Shown in pieces: positions 1 to 10,144 of a DNA stretch of 36,827 nucleotides; within the stretch, counting starts at the first letter, position 1, and each line of letters starts with the position of its first letter. The translations under genes and the position numbers were made by a program. Under the pieces are notes generated by a model that saw only the letters and a program-made list of their open reading frames with translations, was not told the DNA's origin and made no database searches. Source of the DNA: a virus (taxonomy: Duplodnaviria > Heunggongvirae > Uroviricota > Caudoviricetes); IMG/VR virus record IMGVR_UViG_2663763339_000003; one strand, given 5' to 3'.

Positions 1-258
1 ATGCAAACCGTTATTTTTGGTCGTTCGGGTTGCCCTTACTGTGTGCGTGCAAAAGATCTGGCTGAGAAATTGAGCAATGAACGCGATGATTTTCAGTATC
101 AGTATGTAGATATTCGTGCGGAAGGGATCACTAAAGAAGATCTACAACAAAAGGCAGGTAAACCCGTAGAAACCGTGCCGCAGATTTTTGTCGATCAGCA
201 ACATATCGGCGGCTATACCGATTTTGCTGCATGGGTGAAAGAAAATCTGGACGCCTGA
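1..258 (+). CDS. grxA: glutaredoxin 1
   Basis: 85-aa ORF with CPYC active-site motif (SGCPYC) near the N-terminus; recognised as enterobacterial GrxA. Confidence 0.9.
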   Translation: MQTVIFGRSGCPYCVRAKDLAEKLSNERDDFQYQYVDIRAEGITKEDLQQKAGKPVETVPQIFVDQQHIGGYTDFAAWVKENLDA

Positions 259-267
259 TCGTCTGAC

Positions 268-300
268 AAGCCCTCGCGTTGAGGGCTTTACTGATTTTTT
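268..300. terminator. putative bidirectional terminator between convergent grxA and ybjM
   Basis: inverted repeat aagccctc / gagggctt with 5-nt loop (268-288), T-run at 295-300. Confidence 0.35.
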
Positions 301-665
301 CTGTGCTGTGGTTTAAACAAACTACTGATAAATAAGAAACACAGTGCCCCCAGCGCACACCAGAACACCGCGCTTAGTAACCATGCCAGCTCTTGCCAGA
401 ATGAGCGCGTCGGTGAAAAAAACAGCCGCATAATGAGCATTGAACAGGGTGCCGCCAGCATTGCGCCAAATAGAGGTTTCAGGACTTCTCTACGCTGTGA
501 AAAGAAGCTGGCGACTGCTCCAGGAAGAATGAAAAATAGCAAGCCGATTTCAGGATGCCCGGCAGCCCGAAAAGCGCCTTTCATGTGCGTCGCCAGAAAA
601 AGGCACACCACAATGAAGAGGACAAAACAGCAGATTGCCCCCGCCCAACGTTGTTTATGTTTCAC
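288..665 (-). CDS. ybjM: inner membrane protein YbjM
   Basis: 125-aa ORF with several hydrophobic segments; position between grxA and ybjL matches the E. coli grxA-ybjM-ybjL neighbourhood. Confidence 0.75.
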   Translation of the reverse strand: MKHKQRWAGAICCFVLFIVVCLFLATHMKGAFRAAGHPEIGLLFFILPGAVASFFSQRREVLKPLFGAMLAAPCSMLIMRLFFSPTRSFWQELAWLLSAVFWCALGALCFLFISSLFKPQHRKNQ

Positions 666-934
666 TCGTTCCTCCTGACACTGCGTCTATCGAACACATT
701 TTTCGCCAGTGTGGCGTTCAGTAAGATAAAGCCGCTTCGCATTCCATGCTAATATAGGCCAACGCAATTCATATAGCCGTTGATACCCAATGTGATTACA
801 CTAGTAAAATATATTGTTACTTTACTATCGTTTAGGTGCGCTGAATGAATCTGCGCCCTGAATTCTGGTAAAAAACATTATCGTAAATTACCATTTCTTT
901 CAACAGCTTACTAGTAAACAAGAAGTTAGCCTCC

Positions 935-2620
935 GTGAATATAAACGTCGCCGAATTGTTAAATGGGAATTACATTCTGTTATTATTTGTGGTCCTCGCG
1001 CTTGGGCTATGTCTCGGAAAGTTACGACTTGGTTCGATCCAACTGGGTAATTCCATTGGCGTTTTAGTCGTATCGCTGTTATTAGGCCAACAACATTTCA
1101 GCATTAACACCGATGCGCTTAATCTTGGCTTTATGCTGTTTATTTTCTGCGTCGGGGTCGAAGCCGGACCGAACTTTTTTTCCATTTTTTTTCGCGATGG
1201 GAAAAATTACCTAATGTTAGCACTGGTGATGGTTGGCAGTGCGCTGGTGATCGCCTTAGGGTTAGGTAAGCTGTTTGGCTGGGATATTGGCCTGACGGCC
1301 GGTATGTTAGCAGGCTCTATGACGTCGACACCGGTTCTGGTCGGTGCTGGCGATACACTGCGTCATTCCGGCATGGAAAGCAGGCAGCTCTCACTGGCAC
1401 TGGATAATCTGAGCCTCGGGTATGCCTTAACCTATTTAATCGGTCTGGTGAGTTTGATTGTTGGTGCGCGTTACTTGCCGAAATTGCAGCATCAGGACTT
1501 ACAGACCAGCGCCCAGCAAATCGCCCGCGAACGTGGCCTGGACACTGATGCCAACCGTAAGGTTTATTTACCGGTGATCCGCGCCTATCGCGTCGGCCCG
1601 GAGCTGGTGGCCTGGACCGACGGCAAAAATCTGCGTGAACTGGGTATTTATCGACAAACCGGCTGCTACATTGAACGTATTCGACGTAACGGGATTCTGG
1701 CAAATCCAGACGGTGATGCCGTGCTACAAATGGGCGATGAAATAGCGTTGGTAGGCTATCCCGACGCCCATGCCCGACTCGATCCCAGCTTCCGTAACGG
1801 TAAAGAAGTTTTCGATCGTGACCTTCTCGACATGCGTATCGTCACTGAAGAAGTGGTCGTTAAAAACCATAACGCTGTAGGTAAACGTCTCGCACAACTG
1901 AAGTTGACCGATCACGGTTGCTTCCTTAACCGCGTCATTCGTAGCCAGATTGAGATGCCGATAGATGACAACGTCGTGCTTAACAAAGGTGACGTTTTAC
2001 AAGTCAGCGGTGATGCCCGTCGCGTAAAAACCATCGCCGATCGCATCGGCTTTATCTCGATTCACAGCCAGGTCACTGACCTGCTGGCATTTTGCGCCTT
2101 CTTTGTTATTGGGCTGATGATCGGGATGATCACCTTCCAGTTCAGCACATTCAGTTTCGGCATGGGGAACGCTGCCGGGTTGTTATTCGCCGGAATTATG
2201 CTGGGCTTTATGCGTGCTAACCACCCGACCTTCGGTTACATTCCGCAAGGTGCATTAAGCATGGTGAAAGAGTTCGGCTTGATGGTGTTTATGGCAGGCG
2301 TTGGTCTGAGCGCCGGTAGCGGTATTAATAACGGCCTGGGCGCGATTGGCGGTCAGATGTTGATTGCCGGATTAATTGTCAGTCTTGTGCCCGTGGTTAT
2401 CTGTTTCTTGTTCGGTGCTTATGTATTGCGAATGAACCGCGCACTGTTGTTCGGCGCAATGATGGGCGCACGCACCTGCGCGCCGGCAATGGAGATCATC
2501 AGTGATACAGCTCGCAGTAACATCCCTGCGCTGGGCTATGCGGGCACCTACGCAATCGCCAACGTCCTGCTGACGCTGGCAGGGACAATCATCGTCATGG
2601 TATGGCCAGGATTAGGATAA
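935..2620 (+). CDS. ybjL: putative AAE-family transport protein YbjL
   Basis: 561-aa ORF with duplicated multi-helix membrane domains flanking a central soluble region; recognised as YbjL. Confidence 0.85.
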
Positions 2621-2732
2621 AACTGAAGTTGCCCTGAAAATGAAATTTTTTTGCACAACCGCAGAACTTTTCCGCAGGGCATCAGTCTTAATTAATGCCA
2701 CTGCTTTTCTTTGATGTCCCCATTTTGTGGAG

Positions 2733-2776
2733 CCCATCAACCCCGCCATTTCGGTTCAAGGTTGATGGGTTTTTTG
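2733..2776 (+). terminator. rho-independent terminator downstream of ybjL
   Basis: stem cccatcaacc ... ggttgatggg followed by tttttt (2770-2775). Confidence 0.5.
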
Positions 2777-2833
2777 TTGTCTGAAATTTATGCCTTTTAA
2801 AATCACGATGTTAGAAGCACTGCTTTTTAACGA

Positions 2834-2855
2834 TGGCGACAAAATGGCGGCAGCG
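2834..2855. repeat. att core copy (ogr-proximal prophage junction)
   Basis: tggcgacaaaatggcggcagcg; matches 36788-36809 (tggcgacaaagtggcggcagcg) at 21/22, directly adjacent to the ogr stop codon. Confidence 0.6.
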
Positions 2856-3074
2856 TCAAAGAGAGAGCGCCACCTGTCCTGATTTCATTGGATGCGGCTG
2901 AACCGGATTTGACTCTTTTGGCGTTGCAATCGAACGAACAAAAGTTTCATGGGTAACAAAAGTATGGCTGCAGTTAATGTTCTGGCACTGGTTGTAACGC
3001 TCTTTGGTCAATGAAGATACCTGAAAACTGCTGCGAGTATGGGCGGCACTTCCACACAGTGGGCAAATCATCAT
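2856..3074 (-). CDS. ogr: Ogr/B-type zinc-finger late gene activator
   Basis: ORF contains CPLCG...C-x2-C zinc-finger pattern (MMICPLCGSAAHTRSS...YNQCQNINCSHTF) typical of P2 Ogr / 186 B; start taken at internal Met (ORF track extends to 3107). Confidence 0.8.
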   Translation of the reverse strand: MMICPLCGSAAHTRSSFQVSSLTKERYNQCQNINCSHTFVTHETFVRSIATPKESNPVQPHPMKSGQVALSL

Positions 3075-3164
3075 TTTTCGAGTTCTCCCCATTTTTGCTA
3101 AATTCACAATAATGATACCGTATTATTCCATTTTGCAAACTTAAAAGTTCTCCATTGCGAAGAA

Positions 3165-4265
3165 TCATTCCATTTCGAAATCATCAATCTTCACTTCGAG
3201 TTCAATACTGGTTGTAAAACCGTTATCCGGGCTGACAGTATGTGTCAGAGTCGTAATAGTCCATTCCGCATCATCTATCGGCTGTTTAAAGCCACTGACT
3301 TTCACTGGCATTTCCGTGTAGAGATCTGCCCGCCCTTCCGCCAGTTGTAGCGAGAATGACGCAACGCCGCGTTGCAGGCGTTCCCACTGCATTTTTGCCG
3401 CTCGTTCGGCGTTGCTCCGGTTGGCATAAGTGCGATTAAGTACCAGCACGTTTTCATCCGTCCCCACCAGGTAATCGCCCTGCTTCGCTTCCGGCTCTTT
3501 CTTCTGCTTCTTAGTCCTGCGCTTACGCTTCACCGTAGTGCTTTCTTTCTTCGCGGGTTCGCGGGTATGCAACCAGCTGGCAATTACCCCCGTGTAAGCT
3601 CCGCGATCTGCCAGGGTAAAGCGGTGACTGTCGCCGTCCTTACGTGTGATAGTGATCACCGGTAGTGGTTTACCGCTGGCGCTTTTGCCCTGTCCCTGCC
3701 GGATGAATAACAGATTGCCATTTTTCACCGATGCAATGGCACCGTACTGGCGCGCCAGCCGCATCAAAAAACTGCCGTCACTCTCATTAGTCTGGTCTAT
3801 ATGATCCACGGGTTTATCCGACAGGTCTTTACCCAGTGCCATCTTCAGTTTGTGACGCGCAGCTATTTCCTTCACCACTTCCCCGACCGTAGTCTTGTGC
3901 CACGACTTTTCACGGCGGGTATTCAGCGTTTCACGAAAATCAGCACTTCGCGCCCGGATAGTCAGGCGGTCCGGTGCGCCAGTGTGTTCAATCTCGTCCA
4001 CCGTGAATGCCCCTTTCGGGAAAAGCGGCTGCCCTTTCCAGCCCAGCGCCAGCGTAATGGCCGCACCACGGCGCGGCAGCACGATTTTTCCGTCGGCGTC
4101 GTCCAGCTCCAGATCAAGCTGGTCTGCTTCAAAGCCCCGATTGTCCGTCAGCGTCAGACTCATCAGGCGATTATCCAGGACAGTGGTGATATCCCTGCCC
4201 TCAATACTGATGCTGAATGCGGGAGTTTTGTTGCCTTTGTTAAGCAGTTCAGAGCTGAAATTCAC
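3165..4265 (-). CDS. D: tail protein D
   Basis: 366-aa ORF recognised as P2 gpD; sits at the end of the tail operon next to ogr. Confidence 0.85.
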   Translation of the reverse strand: MNFSSELLNKGNKTPAFSISIEGRDITTVLDNRLMSLTLTDNRGFEADQLDLELDDADGKIVLPRRGAAITLALGWKGQPLFPKGAFTVDEIEHTGAPDRLTIRARSADFRETLNTRREKSWHKTTVGEVVKEIAARHKLKMALGKDLSDKPVDHIDQTNESDGSFLMRLARQYGAIASVKNGNLLFIRQGQGKSASGKPLPVITITRKDGDSHRFTLADRGAYTGVIASWLHTREPAKKESTTVKRKRRTKKQKKEPEAKQGDYLVGTDENVLVLNRTYANRSNAERAAKMQWERLQRGVASFSLQLAEGRADLYTEMPVKVSGFKQPIDDAEWTITTLTHTVSPDNGFTTSIELEVKIDDFEME

Positions 4266-4747
4266 GACAGCAGCCCTCCCACCGTTTTACTGATATCGCT
4301 TAAAGCAGATGTTGCCGTTTCCTGCAGATTATTCAGTTGCGCACTGAGATCACCGAACATATCGGACAGGGATTCATCCACTCGTTTGAGCGACAGGGTG
4401 AACTCAATCCGGCGCGGCATACCGTCGCGGAAAAACTCCGTTTTAGTCTGATTCAGTCCCTCAATCACATACATGCCGTAAATCGTGCCACTGCCTTCAA
4501 TCAGGGGCCATGCTTTCCCCTGTTCTGCCATCTGTTCCAGTGCCAGCAACGACAGCCTGCCGCCTGTTATCTCCGGCATAAGAACACCGGAAAGCGTCAG
4601 CATGTCGTTTTCCGGTCCCAGAAACTGCGTGGACGGACGTCGGTTTACCCGGCTGTTTGCCGCATGTCGCCAGCTGCGTTGATACTGCAGTTCCTGATAC
4701 GGCACAGTGCGCAGCATAAACACGTACAATCCCAGCACCATCATCAT
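4262..4747 (-). CDS. U: tail protein U
   Basis: 161-aa ORF, 4-nt overlap with D, P2 gpU position and size. Confidence 0.85.
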   Translation of the reverse strand: MMMVLGLYVFMLRTVPYQELQYQRSWRHAANSRVNRRPSTQFLGPENDMLTLSGVLMPEITGGRLSLLALEQMAEQGKAWPLIEGSGTIYGMYVIEGLNQTKTEFFRDGMPRRIEFTLSLKRVDESLSDMFGDLSAQLNNLQETATSALSDISKTVGGLLS

Positions 4748-7700
4748 GCGTCGTATCCCCCCTGATCGCTGTAGTTACTCCTGGCTTTTGCCTTCAGCCT
4801 GCGTTCACGTTCATCAAGCTGGCGGGCCACCTCCCGAGCAATATCCTGCGCACTTTGTCCTGGCTGCGTCTGAATGATGATCTGCGTCGGTGCCTCAATC
4901 CGCTGAACGGGCGGCACAGTGGCTGCACGACTCACCATCGCTTCGCCGCCTTTCGCGGGAAATGCCAAAGGATGCAACGGTGGAAGCTCTGCAGGCGCGG
5001 CAGTAACGCCCATCATTCCGGCAACAACGGCAGCCAGTGCAGCTGTATTTCTCCGGCTGGTCACATTTGCCGGGCCGTTAACAATTTCCGGCCCGTTTTC
5101 ACCGACGATGCCAAACTGCCCGCGCGGGATATAGCCGCCGCTGTCATACATCCCCGCAAAGCCATATCCCCATGACGGCAAACCACCCGATGGCATCATC
5201 ACTTTACCATCCGCATTCACCGTCGCAGGTTGCTGACGCGTCACGCTTTCCGGCAGTTTCGCCTTTGCAGCCTCTTTACTGACAATGCCGAGTTTCTCCA
5301 GCAACCAGGAAACGCCGGATTTCAGGGAGTCCAGCGGATGCATGACCATATTCAGCCCTTCTGCCAGTGCCTCCCCGAATCGTCGCCCCATTGCCGCTGC
5401 GCTCTGCAGTTCGGCAGAGGTTGACTTAACGGGCGTCAGCAGATCAGTAAACCAGCCCCACAGCGCCTGCACTTTGTCGCCAATCCACTGAAACACAGGC
5501 TTAAGTGGTTCGAATGCTTCACTGATGGGACCTGCCGCCGCTTTGAATCCTTCCACCACGCCACCGAGAAATGCAGTGATGGGTTGCCAGTATTTCCAGA
5601 CAACCAGTGCCACGCCCGCCAGTGCAGTAACCACAAGACCTATCGGACTGAGCAGAGCACCTAACAGGCCAGATACGGCATACAGAGCAACGCGCAGCAT
5701 CGCCAGCGGACCGGATGCCAGTACTCGCAGCACCGCGCCTGCGGCAGCCAGTCCACCGCGTAGTGCTGCCAGTGGATTCATAAACATCACAGCAACAGCA
5801 CGTAAACCGGATAATCCAGACCGCAACAGTGCAACCGGCACACCTGCTACAGTTTTCAGGACATTCCCCGTCAGTGATGCCGTGCGGCGCAAAGACGACA
5901 ACGGCGCAGTAAGTAAACCCGCTGCGTTGCCCGATGAAGCAAGCCCGCGTCGCAGCAGTGCCAGTGGAGCGCCAGCTAACCAGGACAACGCGCTGCTGGT
6001 TCGTGTTACTGCTGCCGTAACGGAAGGTAACGTTTTGATGCCCAGCACAGAGAATCCCAGACGGATGACTGCCAGCGGCCCCAGCACTGCAGCCAGCGCC
6101 ACAGCCAAGGTGCCGAGGCCTACGGTAACCGCAGCCACAATAGCAGCTACTTTCATCAGTGTGCCCGTCAGTTCCGGGTTAGCTTCCACCCAGCGACGCA
6201 ACGCCCCCGTGACGCTTTTCACCGTGTACAGAATATCCATCAGCGGCTGGCGCAGCGTTTCGCCCAGGCTGCTGAAGGTATTCTGCGCTCCGGTTTTAAC
6301 CAGCAACCACTGAGCAGAAAGTGAGTCCTTGTTGATGTCGGATTCTTTCTGCATGGAACCGAGCGCATCATTGCCCGCTGTCAGTTTTAGCTGGCGCTGC
6401 AGTTCCGGAAGGTTGTTTGCCAGTTTCGCCGCGTCATCACCAAACTCTTTACCAAACAACATGGTCATGGCAGACAGACGCTTGTCCTGCGGCAGTGCGT
6501 TCACCTTCTCCAGCACACGCTGGATAGTTCCCATCGCATCCTTCGTCATCTGCTTTTCAATCACTTCAGGATTGAGTTTCAGCAGATTCATCCCTTCAAA
6601 GAAACTCTTGCTTTGCATGGTGGCAATGGACAATTCACGCACCATCGCGTTTGCTGCACTGGCTGCAACCTCCGGCGCAGCGCCCAGTGTCAGAAAGGTG
6701 GAACCCAGTGCCGCCGCTTTACGATAATCCAGACGGTCAGCCACACCGCCCAGACGTTGCATCACATCAATGATGTCCGCCCCTTTCGACATGGCGTTAT
6801 CATCCAGATAGTTCAGCGCATCGCCGAGCTGTTCAATATTGCGGGTAGGTATTTTGTAGAGCTGGGCGATTTTCCCCAGACTTTCTGACAGTTCATCCGC
6901 TGGCAGCTCAAAGGCTGTTGCCGCCTTTGCTGCCGTACTGGCGAAGGCCAGCAGGTCACGTTTCTGGTCTTCCCAGCTGTCGTCAGGGTTTGCGACGTTC
7001 ATGCGCGCACCACCTTCAACCAGTGCAGCGAAATCCACCGCACCTTTTTCCATCGGCAACTGTTCGCTGGCAGCCTTGATGGCATCCTGCATTTCATAAA
7101 AACGTGCAGTGCGGTTGCCATTATCGTCACGCAGACCATTGACCTGCTTTGCCACACCTTTCATGGCATCTTCCATGCTGGTATAGCTTTTTACTGCCGC
7201 CATCACTGGCGCACCCATTGCCAGCCCTGCAGCCGTGGTAGTGGCTCCGGCTCCTGCAATACGATCACGCACCTCCAGCGAACGGGCATAACTGGCACGC
7301 GCCGCATTCATCCTGCGCTGAGCTTCCCCCAGTCGCTTCAGCCGCGCCTCTTGTTTCGAAAGTTCCTGGTTATAACGTGATGTTTCACGGGCTAAACGGG
7401 CAGTTGCTCCCGCATCATCTTTCGCAGAAATTCCCGCCCGGTACAGTTCTGCACGCACAAGCGCCGTTTGCTTCTGCAAATATTTTTGTTGTTCTTCCAG
7501 GCGTTGGACTGCCAGCGTTTGCCGACCTAAAGCCACAAGATGCCTTTGTGATGGTTGTTCCATCGCTTCCAGCTCAGAACTAAGCAAATTTGCCTTCTGT
7601 CTGGCATAGTTCAGCCTGTCGCCTAACTTTTTGTTATCGGCCTGCAGCTTGCGAAATTTTTCCAGGCTGTTACCCGCCTGATTGAGTTGCTTTAATGCGT

Positions 7701-7821
7701 CACGGGAGTTTCTGATTGCGCCAGCCAGCTCTTTCGAACTGGCCTGTGCAGCACGGAATGGGCGGGTGAGTTTGTCAACCGCATTAAGAATGACCTGCAG
7801 GCGCAGGTTATTATCACTCAT
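4744..7821 (-). CDS. T: tail tape measure protein T
   Basis: 1025-aa Ala/Leu-rich ORF with coiled-coil N-terminus and hydrophobic central segments, downstream of E/E'. Confidence 0.9.
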   Translation of the reverse strand: MSDNNLRLQVILNAVDKLTRPFRAAQASSKELAGAIRNSRDALKQLNQAGNSLEKFRKLQADNKKLGDRLNYARQKANLLSSELEAMEQPSQRHLVALGRQTLAVQRLEEQQKYLQKQTALVRAELYRAGISAKDDAGATARLARETSRYNQELSKQEARLKRLGEAQRRMNAARASYARSLEVRDRIAGAGATTTAAGLAMGAPVMAAVKSYTSMEDAMKGVAKQVNGLRDDNGNRTARFYEMQDAIKAASEQLPMEKGAVDFAALVEGGARMNVANPDDSWEDQKRDLLAFASTAAKAATAFELPADELSESLGKIAQLYKIPTRNIEQLGDALNYLDDNAMSKGADIIDVMQRLGGVADRLDYRKAAALGSTFLTLGAAPEVAASAANAMVRELSIATMQSKSFFEGMNLLKLNPEVIEKQMTKDAMGTIQRVLEKVNALPQDKRLSAMTMLFGKEFGDDAAKLANNLPELQRQLKLTAGNDALGSMQKESDINKDSLSAQWLLVKTGAQNTFSSLGETLRQPLMDILYTVKSVTGALRRWVEANPELTGTLMKVAAIVAAVTVGLGTLAVALAAVLGPLAVIRLGFSVLGIKTLPSVTAAVTRTSSALSWLAGAPLALLRRGLASSGNAAGLLTAPLSSLRRTASLTGNVLKTVAGVPVALLRSGLSGLRAVAVMFMNPLAALRGGLAAAGAVLRVLASGPLAMLRVALYAVSGLLGALLSPIGLVVTALAGVALVVWKYWQPITAFLGGVVEGFKAAAGPISEAFEPLKPVFQWIGDKVQALWGWFTDLLTPVKSTSAELQSAAAMGRRFGEALAEGLNMVMHPLDSLKSGVSWLLEKLGIVSKEAAKAKLPESVTRQQPATVNADGKVMMPSGGLPSWGYGFAGMYDSGGYIPRGQFGIVGENGPEIVNGPANVTSRRNTAALAAVVAGMMGVTAAPAELPPLHPLAFPAKGGEAMVSRAATVPPVQRIEAPTQIIIQTQPGQSAQDIAREVARQLDERERRLKAKARSNYSDQGGYDA

Positions 7822-8250
7822 CGTTGGCCCCGCTTCTCTGAATCGCTTTATACCGCCATTCCAGCACTTCGGTCAGCGGCATAACGTCAGTAACGGATGG
7901 CGGCCAGTGAAAGATGGTGGCGATATCAGCCACCAGATCGTCAACCGTCAGGCTGTCGGTAAACCGGCAAGCACCGACTTCTTCAACAAAAAAGTGACAA
8001 CCTCAACCGACATGGCAGTGAGATCTGCCGGGTCCATCTCTGCAATTTCCTGTGCAGTCAGTGCCGGACTGGAGATGCGGGGGATCACGGTCATCATCGC
8101 ATTCACATCCATATCCATAATGGCCTGCAGGCGTGTACCGCGCAGCGCACCGGACTGCGGTTTACGCAGCACAATTTCGGTAATTTCTGTTTTACCGCGC
8201 TTGATAGGGGTATCCAGTTGAATGGTCTTTTCAGTCTGCTTATCGCTCAT
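7814..8250 (-). CDS. tail assembly chaperone E+E' (-1 programmed frameshift product)
   Basis: slippery heptamer TTTTTTG on the minus strand (plus coordinates 7987-7993); the -1 frame stays open to a TGA overlapping the T start (stop at 7814-7816). Confidence 0.7.
7948..8250 (-). CDS. E: tail assembly chaperone E
   Basis: 100-aa ORF upstream of T; ends shortly after a TTTTTTG slippery site. Confidence 0.8.
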   Translation of the reverse strand: MSDKQTEKTIQLDTPIKRGKTEITEIVLRKPQSGALRGTRLQAIMDMDVNAMMTVIPRISSPALTAQEIAEMDPADLTAMSVEVVTFLLKKSVLAGLPTA

Positions 8251-8304
8251 TTTGTTGTCCTGTAAATTGGGTTCTGGCGCGGCATTCCGCGCCGTTCAGA
8301 TACA

Positions 8305-8820
8305 TCAGAGGCCGAGAGCGTTGCGGTGCGCTTCCATCAGGTCCACACCGTCCACAATTTCCACCATGTTGATAAGGTCCACTTCATAGAGCACCTCACC
8401 ATTGATGGTCAGCTTCGCGTAGCTGTTGGTACTGGTCACTTTGGTGGTGTTGCTTTCGCCCGTCTTCCACTCACCGGAATCCACTTCTTTGTGACGTCCA
8501 CGCACCACAAGCTCCACGGCCTGCACTTCCCCGGTATCGTCACGCTGGATAGAGCCGGTAAAGCGCAACTGGATGCCATCCACCGTGGCTTTGCCCATCT
8601 GCTTAAACAGCAGCAGTTCAGTACCACCAATGGAAAATTCTGTGTCCAGCGCACTGTCATCAAGCCCCAGATCCACATCCACTGCCCCCGGCATTCCGCC
8701 GCCGCGATACTTCTCATATTTGCGGGTGAATTTCGGCAGCGTCAGCGACTCAACGATCCCCTGCCAGTTGTTCCCGTCGTTAAACAGGTTCAGGTGTTTT
8801 AATTTGCGTGGTAAAGCCAT
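8305..8820 (-). CDS. FII: tail tube protein FII
   Basis: 171-aa ORF, P2 gpFII size and position. Confidence 0.85.
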   Translation of the reverse strand: MALPRKLKHLNLFNDGNNWQGIVESLTLPKFTRKYEKYRGGGMPGAVDVDLGLDDSALDTEFSIGGTELLLFKQMGKATVDGIQLRFTGSIQRDDTGEVQAVELVVRGRHKEVDSGEWKTGESNTTKVTSTNSYAKLTINGEVLYEVDLINMVEIVDGVDLMEAHRNALGL

Positions 8821-8829
8821 GTTGTCCCC

Positions 8830-10002
8830 TTACGCGCTGACCTGGCTGGCAAAATTCACCAGGTACTGATCGGTGATGCGCTGACGCAACATCAGGTTTT
8901 CAAGTGGCGGCACTGGCGTGTAGTCGTAGTCGATGGTGAGTTTTCCGGCTTTCAGAGTGTCTTTGTCGTTCACCGACTCGTCCAGCCAGCAATCACCACC
9001 AATGAGATACCCCTGACTGACCAGGCTGCGCATTTTGGCGCGGATGCCCTCGATAATGTCGCGCGCCAGTGACGGGTTCAGCGGCTTGTCCACTGCCCAC
9101 ATGTGCGCTTCTGCCATTGTGTCCGTCAGCACCTGCGCCGTGCGGGTGTAGTTTTCGAAGGCAAAGAGCGGGTCATCACTCAGGCAGCGGGAACCCCAGA
9201 AGCGGAAACCGTCTTTACGCACAAGCGTGGTGACGTCGTTCTGGTTCAGCAGACCTGCATCGGTTGCCGGGTCCTGCAGATCCCAGAACACATCTGCAGA
9301 AATTCCGGTAACACCGTTCACGCCCACGTTGGACAGGCTTTTGTGCCACCCAGTCTGCTCATCAATTTTGGCACGCAGACCAAGCGCACGGGCGGTGGCA
9401 TATGCCGTTGCTTCGGCATTCAGCACCGTGTCCCAGCCAGTAAAATCGGGCCAGATCAGCATTCCTTCGCGCTGGTTGAAGTTTTCACGGTAAGTGATCG
9501 CCTCCTGCACCGTCTTGCAGCCATACGCTGACAAGTAAGCAAACCCACGCAGGCTTTGCGCCACACTCAGCAACTCAGTAGCAACGGCTTTGTTATCGTG
9601 ACCTGGCACGCCGAGAATGCGCGGTTTAACGCCGAGCTGTGTCTGGGCAGATAACAGGGCTTTCATGCCTGTTTTTTTACCTTCAGCAGTCACTGCGCCG
9701 ATGATATTGGTCGTGGTTTCTTCTTCCGTTTCACCCTGCGGCACACGCACAACAACGGTCACGGGTTTTGCCTGGTCAGCGATGGCATCCAGCGAACGGG
9801 CCAGCGTACCGGACTCACCCGCTTTACCGCTGGCAGTAAGCACATCAGTGATCAGCACGGGTTTATTAAGAGGGAACATTTTTGCATCGGCATCATCGCC
9901 CGTGCAGACCATGCCCACGATGGCGGTGCTCACCGTAGTAATGGATCGAGTGCCTTCGTTGACTTCAACAACGCGCACCCCGTGGTGGTAATCCTGAGCC
10001 AT
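8830..10002 (-). CDS. FI: contractile tail sheath protein FI
   Basis: 390-aa ORF, P2 gpFI size and position. Confidence 0.9.
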   Translation of the reverse strand: MAQDYHHGVRVVEVNEGTRSITTVSTAIVGMVCTGDDADAKMFPLNKPVLITDVLTASGKAGESGTLARSLDAIADQAKPVTVVVRVPQGETEEETTTNIIGAVTAEGKKTGMKALLSAQTQLGVKPRILGVPGHDNKAVATELLSVAQSLRGFAYLSAYGCKTVQEAITYRENFNQREGMLIWPDFTGWDTVLNAEATAYATARALGLRAKIDEQTGWHKSLSNVGVNGVTGISADVFWDLQDPATDAGLLNQNDVTTLVRKDGFRFWGSRCLSDDPLFAFENYTRTAQVLTDTMAEAHMWAVDKPLNPSLARDIIEGIRAKMRSLVSQGYLIGGDCWLDESVNDKDTLKAGKLTIDYDYTPVPPLENLMLRQRITDQYLVNFASQVSA

Positions 10003-10077
10003 AGTGGCGAACCTCCTGATTGGATTAGGCTTCGCCCTATGTTGAAGTGATTGTGCCTGACAAACAGCTAAGCGCAG

Positions 10078-10095
10078 TTGTACCGTTATTCACAC
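10078..10095. promoter_or_regulatory. late-promoter activator site (TGT-N12-ACA) upstream of FI
   Basis: TGTaccgttattcacACA, centre ~84 nt upstream of the FI ATG; flanking sequence resembles the site at 21738-21755. Confidence 0.5.
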
Positions 10096-10144
10096 AAAAT
10101 GACGGTATTTGTCTGCTTTCAGGGATAATCAAAATAAAGCTGAT

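Noticed and set aside
433-752. Plus-strand ORFs (81 and 65 aa) overlapping ybjM
   Set aside because: Antisense to or overlapping the recognisable ybjM gene; no supporting start signals.
2621-2833. Possible tRNA or small gene at the integration site between ybjL and the att core
   Set aside because: No cloverleaf-compatible sequence recognised by eye; the region contains only the ybjL terminator hairpin. Not run through a tRNA-finding program.
3801-4451. 216-aa plus-strand ORF overlapping D and U
   Set aside because: Antisense to two recognisable P2 tail genes; no independent start signals or recognisable motifs.
5525-6313. 262-aa plus-strand ORF (and several others at 4855-6888) antisense to the tape measure gene T
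   Set aside because: Lies entirely within the well-supported T coding region on the opposite strand; low-complexity Ala/Ser/Thr/Pro/Arg composition typical of spurious antisense ORFs in GC-rich coding DNA.
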